DNA of 64,000 nucleotides from Nitrospirales bacterium. Lineage in GTDB: Bacteria > Nitrospirota > Nitrospiria > Nitrospirales > UBA8639. Of this stretch, positions 52,043 to 64,000 are shown in pieces. A program made the position numbers and the translations under genes. The stretch lies in NCBI GenBank assembly GCA_965203295.1, contig CBDBCZ010000011.1, positions 480,001-544,000 of the forward strand. Reading direction: 5' to 3'. The notes below the pieces were generated by a model that saw only the letters and a list, made by a program, of their open reading frames with translations, ran no database searches and was not told the origin of the DNA. Within the stretch, counting starts at the first letter, position 1. The number at the start of each line of letters is the position of its first letter.

Positions 52043-52851
52043 GAACCTATGTGCGGATGTACGGCAGGCTTTGTGCTATGATTCTGTCTAGGTAAGTATG
52101 GTAGAAGTAATTGTAGGACCCATACCAGTAGCTATAACTTCTCTTACATTCTGCAGCATATTTATATTATACCAGAAGTTTGTTAAGACACGATGAGTTG
52201 TTGTTTTTTTTGGCTGGGAGTAGTCCCTGGTGTAAACCAAACTCTGGGCAGGCAGGAAATTTAAAGGCTTGGTGATAATTGAGTCCTGCATTCACATTTT
52301 TTGCATTTCTGGTCCACTTCAGATTGTTCTGTTCAGTTTTTTTGGTTCAGTAAACTCGAGACAGCCTATTATAAATATGAACAAAATCCCACTGGTTTGT
52401 AGGAGAATATTATTGTTGCTGATAGTGGAAACTGAGTTTTGTAGCTAATAGGAAGAGTTGAACCACTAAATTGAGCGAGCCCTTACCTTTCTAATTATGT
52501 CCATTTATCATAACTAGGTTATTAGCTTAGCTCATTATGCTTTGTTTTAATTACTATAGTTTCGGCCTAGTCTTGCTTTGTATACTGTATTTTTTGCCTT
52601 GCTTTGCTTTTTGTAAAATTGACCGTCATTTGTGTCTATATATATGCTATACATTACTATACTAGGGGAGCACTTATATAGGCAAGTCCTCCTATGCATG
52701 CAACACTTTCACTTATGAGATAAAATTATTTCAATTTAAATCAATACCTTCAACTGTAGCCTCGTGCCCAGGCTCATTGCTACTTCAACTGTAGCTGATT
52801 ATGATTATGTTTATTCCTTTAGGTACACATGCAACAACCCTTGATTTCAAT

Positions 52852-53399
52852 ATGTACAAGTTGTGCTTCATCCCTCCCTTTATTGTCGCCACTGGTGCCC
52901 TCATCTGCATCGTAGGTCTTGCCACACCATGGTGGTGCTTGGTTTCTAACCTGCCTGAGCCTATCGAAGGCGTGCACTTTGGACTGTGGCGGGCCTGTTT
53001 CAGTAATGTGTGGGAGACTAGTATTGTATGCGGAGAGGTCACAGGGCTTCTTTCTATCGATGCCACGTGGCTTAATGCTGTCAGGGCAATGGTGATTATT
53101 TCGATATTACTGTCACTGGCAACCCTTCCACTGGCTATTGTGTCCACTGTCAAAAGCAGTTTGATTTTGTCCGCTGCTGCTGCCGTCCTGGTTCTTGCTC
53201 AGCCATAACGATGATGATTGGACTGGCTGTTTTTATTGGGGAGATTTATAAATCGTATCACTTTGACGCCATCTCAGTTGACTGGTCCTATTGCATTGGA
53301 TGGGTTGGCATTGGTTTCTATATCATAGGAGCGGTGTGTCTCATGATTGAAACCCTCATGTTAAAGCGTCCAAATCCATACAAAAACATCGAACATTAA
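52852..53399 (+). pseudogene. Claudin-like copy 2, frameshifted
   Basis: Near-identical to copy 3 in its 5' part but has a 1-nt deletion at about 53201 (gctcagcc vs gctcaagcc) that splits the ORF. A sequencing error cannot be excluded. Confidence 0.75.
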
Positions 53400-54301
53400 T
53401 CATCAGTAAGTGCTACTTGCCCATGATGGTAGCTGAATCCAGTCATTTTTTTGTAACAGTATTTAATCATGATTAGCTATCATGATTGTAGTCACTCATT
53501 TAGAGGGCATGTACTGGGCCACTGGCCTGTTGCAATTATTAATTTTGACACAATGTTATATATCCTTCGCAGACTATACCAAAGTTGTATTTCATATTAA
53601 ACATGTACAGAAGAGCTACACAATTACTTGGTACATTTCTGTTTCGTGTGAGTGTGTGTGGGTATGATTTTCCAAAGGGTAGGGCAGTTGAGTTCTGCTT
53701 AAATAGCGGCCAAACACGAAATGTCTCACCCGGTACCCCACTGGGCAACGTACGTACGTATACATTTGACGTCACTGTCCGTTAAATTAAAAGTCACGTG
53801 CAAAAGAATTCGTCAGTTGGTGTATGAGCGGACGTACCGCAGGCTGTATACTATAATTCCAGCTAGGTAAGTATAATATATGGTAGAAGTACCCCTACCA
53901 GTATATGTAATTTCTCATACAGTCTGCAGTATAATTTGTGTACATAATACATATGCCAGTATAATATTATTACCTGGGATCCGGAGTCGTCCCTCAGGGT
54001 GGAAACTATACTCTGAGCAGGCAGGAAATTTATGGGCTTTGGTCTTGCTTAATTCTGCATTTCAATTTTTTATCTTTGGCATTCCCGGCCCACTCTTGTA
54101 GTTCTGAGTCTCTTTTAATGGTTCAGTACAGCCTGTCATTAATATGAACAATAACCTACTGGTTTGTAAGAAAACTTTGCAATAGAGCCTTCAAGCCCAA
54201 GTGAACCCATAACTTCAAAATCCATTAAAAATTCAATGAACTAATTATGATTACATTTGTTCCTCTGTAGGTATATGTATACAGCAACCTTTTGGTTCAA
54301 T

Positions 54302-54862
54302 ATGTACAAGTTGTGCTTCATCACTCCCTTTATCATCGCCACTGGTGCCCTCATCTGCATTGTAGGTCTTGCCACACCATGGTGGTGCTTGGTTTCTAAC
54401 CTTCCTGAGCCTATCGAAGGTGTGCACTTTGGACTGTGGCGGGCCTGTTTCAGTAGTGCGTGGGAGACTAGTAATGTATGCGGAGAGGTCACAGGGCTTC
54501 TGTTTATTGATGCCACGTGGCTTAATGCTGTCAGGGCAATGGTGATTATTTCGATATTGCTGTCACTGGCAACCCTTCCACTGGCTGTTGTGTCCACTGT
54601 CAAAAGCAGTTTGATTTTGTCAGCTGCTGCTGCCCTCCTGGTTCTTGCTCAAGCCATAACGATGATGATTGGACTGGCTGTTTTTATTGGGGAGATCCAC
54701 GACGAATTTAATGGTTTTGGTGTCAGCTCTGTTGGCTGGTCCTATGGCATTGGATGGGCTGGCGTTGGCTTCTACATCACGGGAACAGTGTGCCTTGTCA
54801 TCCAGACCGTCATGCTAAAGCGTGAAAATCGCTACGAAAACATCACTCATGACTATCTGTAG
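54302..54862 (+). CDS. Claudin/PMP22/EMP-family tetraspan protein, copy 3 (186 aa)
   Basis: MYKLCF...TPWW..HFGLWRAC..C...GWSYGIGW...ITHDYL*. The ATG follows a ctgtag acceptor at 54269. Confidence 0.9.
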   Translation: MYKLCFITPFIIATGALICIVGLATPWWCLVSNLPEPIEGVHFGLWRACFSSAWETSNVCGEVTGLLFIDATWLNAVRAMVIISILLSLATLPLAVVSTVKSSLILSAAAALLVLAQAITMMIGLAVFIGEIHDEFNGFGVSSVGWSYGIGWAGVGFYITGTVCLVIQTVMLKRENRYENITHDYL

Positions 54863-55680
54863 GTCATTGACAAGTGCTGTCTAATGGCTGCCACACTCTG
54901 CAATTTGCTCAATGGAAACTTGTGTTGTAGTTGTATTTTATCACAGTAGCAAGTTGTCACTCATTTAGAGGGCATACACTTAACCATTGGCCATCCACAA
55001 GCATCTGTTGTTATCATTTGCAAACAGCCACTCAATGCACATTATCATTTTTGCATTGTGCATTTTATCATTTTTCGTGCATTACTACAACTATAATTAT
55101 GTATTGTCAATAATTTTAGGAGATGCACTGAGCAGCTCTCAGTATAGTTATAGCAAAAATTGCAACTCTTGAAAATGAGTATTTTCAAGGGTTGAGGAAG
55201 TTCAATGATTAGTTCTGAGCCTATACTGCTCAATTAAGAAGCTGTACAGTGTTCCATTTCTCGAACCATGCCCCTATTGCCTAATACGATCAATATGTGC
55301 TTCAAGTACCTGTATACATATCTTTCGTTTGGTTACATTTAAAACAATCACTGATGAAGTGTTAATCAATGACAGCATACATACAGAATGTAGGACTTCA
55401 CTTGCATATAAAATCATTTTATGAAACATGCAGAACGGAATGAGCTCCATACAATAGTGAAATGTGAACCTCAAGCAGGGGACAAATAGCCAACCTGTAC
55501 AGTGAATATATATATACTGGGTTGGTGTACAGCATATACCAGTAGTACAAGCATTGCAAATGTAATACATAATTTTATTGTGTGTTGATGAGCTACTGGC
55601 AAATGGGCCCACAATTCTGTACGCAGCCATGTAGCATAAGTCAACATGGATGAATGGCTGTTCCAAATAGTATCCAGCTA

Positions 55681-55941
55681 TCACTGCTTTTGCTTGTGCC
55701 TGGGTTTCTTTGAGCACACAACGCGCAGCTTTCCTTTTCTCTTGACGAACCTGCAGCCGGAACACAACAGTTTCAGAGACGCTCTGACTTTGTAGGTCCT
55801 CAGCAGCGACAGCTGCAGTCCATAGGTGGTCATTCCACCAATATGCCCTCCATTGAAAATAGTCCTTTCAAAAATACGAGGTAGAAAACTGCTTGCGAGG
55901 CAGGAACTCCAGGAACGGAGAAGTCTTACAGAGGCTGCCAT
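55681..55941 (-). CDS. MRPL36: Mitochondrial ribosomal protein bL36m
   Basis: Arg/Ser/Leu-rich presequence, then [37 protein letters not shown] (L36 zinc ribbon). Confidence 0.93.
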   Translation of the reverse strand: MAASVRLLRSWSSCLASSFLPRIFERTIFNGGHIGGMTTYGLQLSLLRTYKVRASLKLLCSGCRFVKRKGKLRVVCSKKPRHKQKQ

Positions 55942-56243
55942 TTTTTTCCCTCTTTTTTCTCCTGAAATAAGGTAACTAAAGAGTTAATAAATTAATTAAA
56001 ATATGATTAATTAACCTACTGAGGACGGAATTCTGGCTGGCTGGTTTTGACTGGTCCGTGGATCCAGTGCCTTTACTGTTTTGGACTGGTAGCTTGCGAA
56101 TACGGAAATCTTCCTGAAAGTTTGCCTTGAATTTTTTTGGGAAGTCTGCAAGTTGTTGTTGTTGATAAGAAGACTAGGGAAAGGATAGGGTTGCATTAAT
56201 TGGAGTTTGGCCCCTCCATCCCGCGCGTACTGGGCTGTATACC
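55942..56243. promoter_or_regulatory. Probable bidirectional promoter/5' UTR region for MRPL36 and RANBP2
   Basis: Divergent start codons about 300 bp apart. Positional inference only. Confidence 0.55.

Positions 56244-64000
<7,757 letters not shown>

Noticed and set aside
52785..54603. Minus-strand ORFs of about 120 aa at 52785-53153 and 54241-54603
   Set aside because: Antisense shadows of the claudin-like genes.

Overview
Eukaryotic, intron-rich genomic DNA, most likely from a demosponge. This is inferred from the gene families and repeat landscape and is not proven. I reconstructed gene models by hand from GT-AG sites and frame continuity. Plus strand: NUDC (from an internal exon at 98 to 19227), RCAN/calcipressin (30559-35872), RagA/B GTPase (38857-46202), three claudin/PMP22-like genes (one frameshifted) and the 5' part of RANBP2/Nup358 (56244 to window end). 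Minus strand: a signal peptide + 2x Ig-like + GPI-signal gene nested in a 10-kb NUDC intron; a CBM21 gene with a Cys-rich N-terminus, a tandemly amplified exon-intron cassette and no RVxF motif, plus a truncated pseudo-copy; a TSNAXIP1_N/C6orf118-like coiled-coil gene; an intronless secreted Cys-rich gene nested in an RCAN intron, plus a pseudogene copy; and MRPL36. Introns carry an intronless TRAF pseudogene, Helitron, LINE and Crypton-like remnants, several MITE families, a repeat with an internal tRNA-Thr cloverleaf, long hairpins and many simple or tandem repeats. No prokaryote-type system (CRISPR, operon) is present. The most interesting signals are the nested surface/secreted genes, the unusual CBM21 protein, the tRNA-carrying repeat and a perfect 58-bp hairpin at the claudin cluster.
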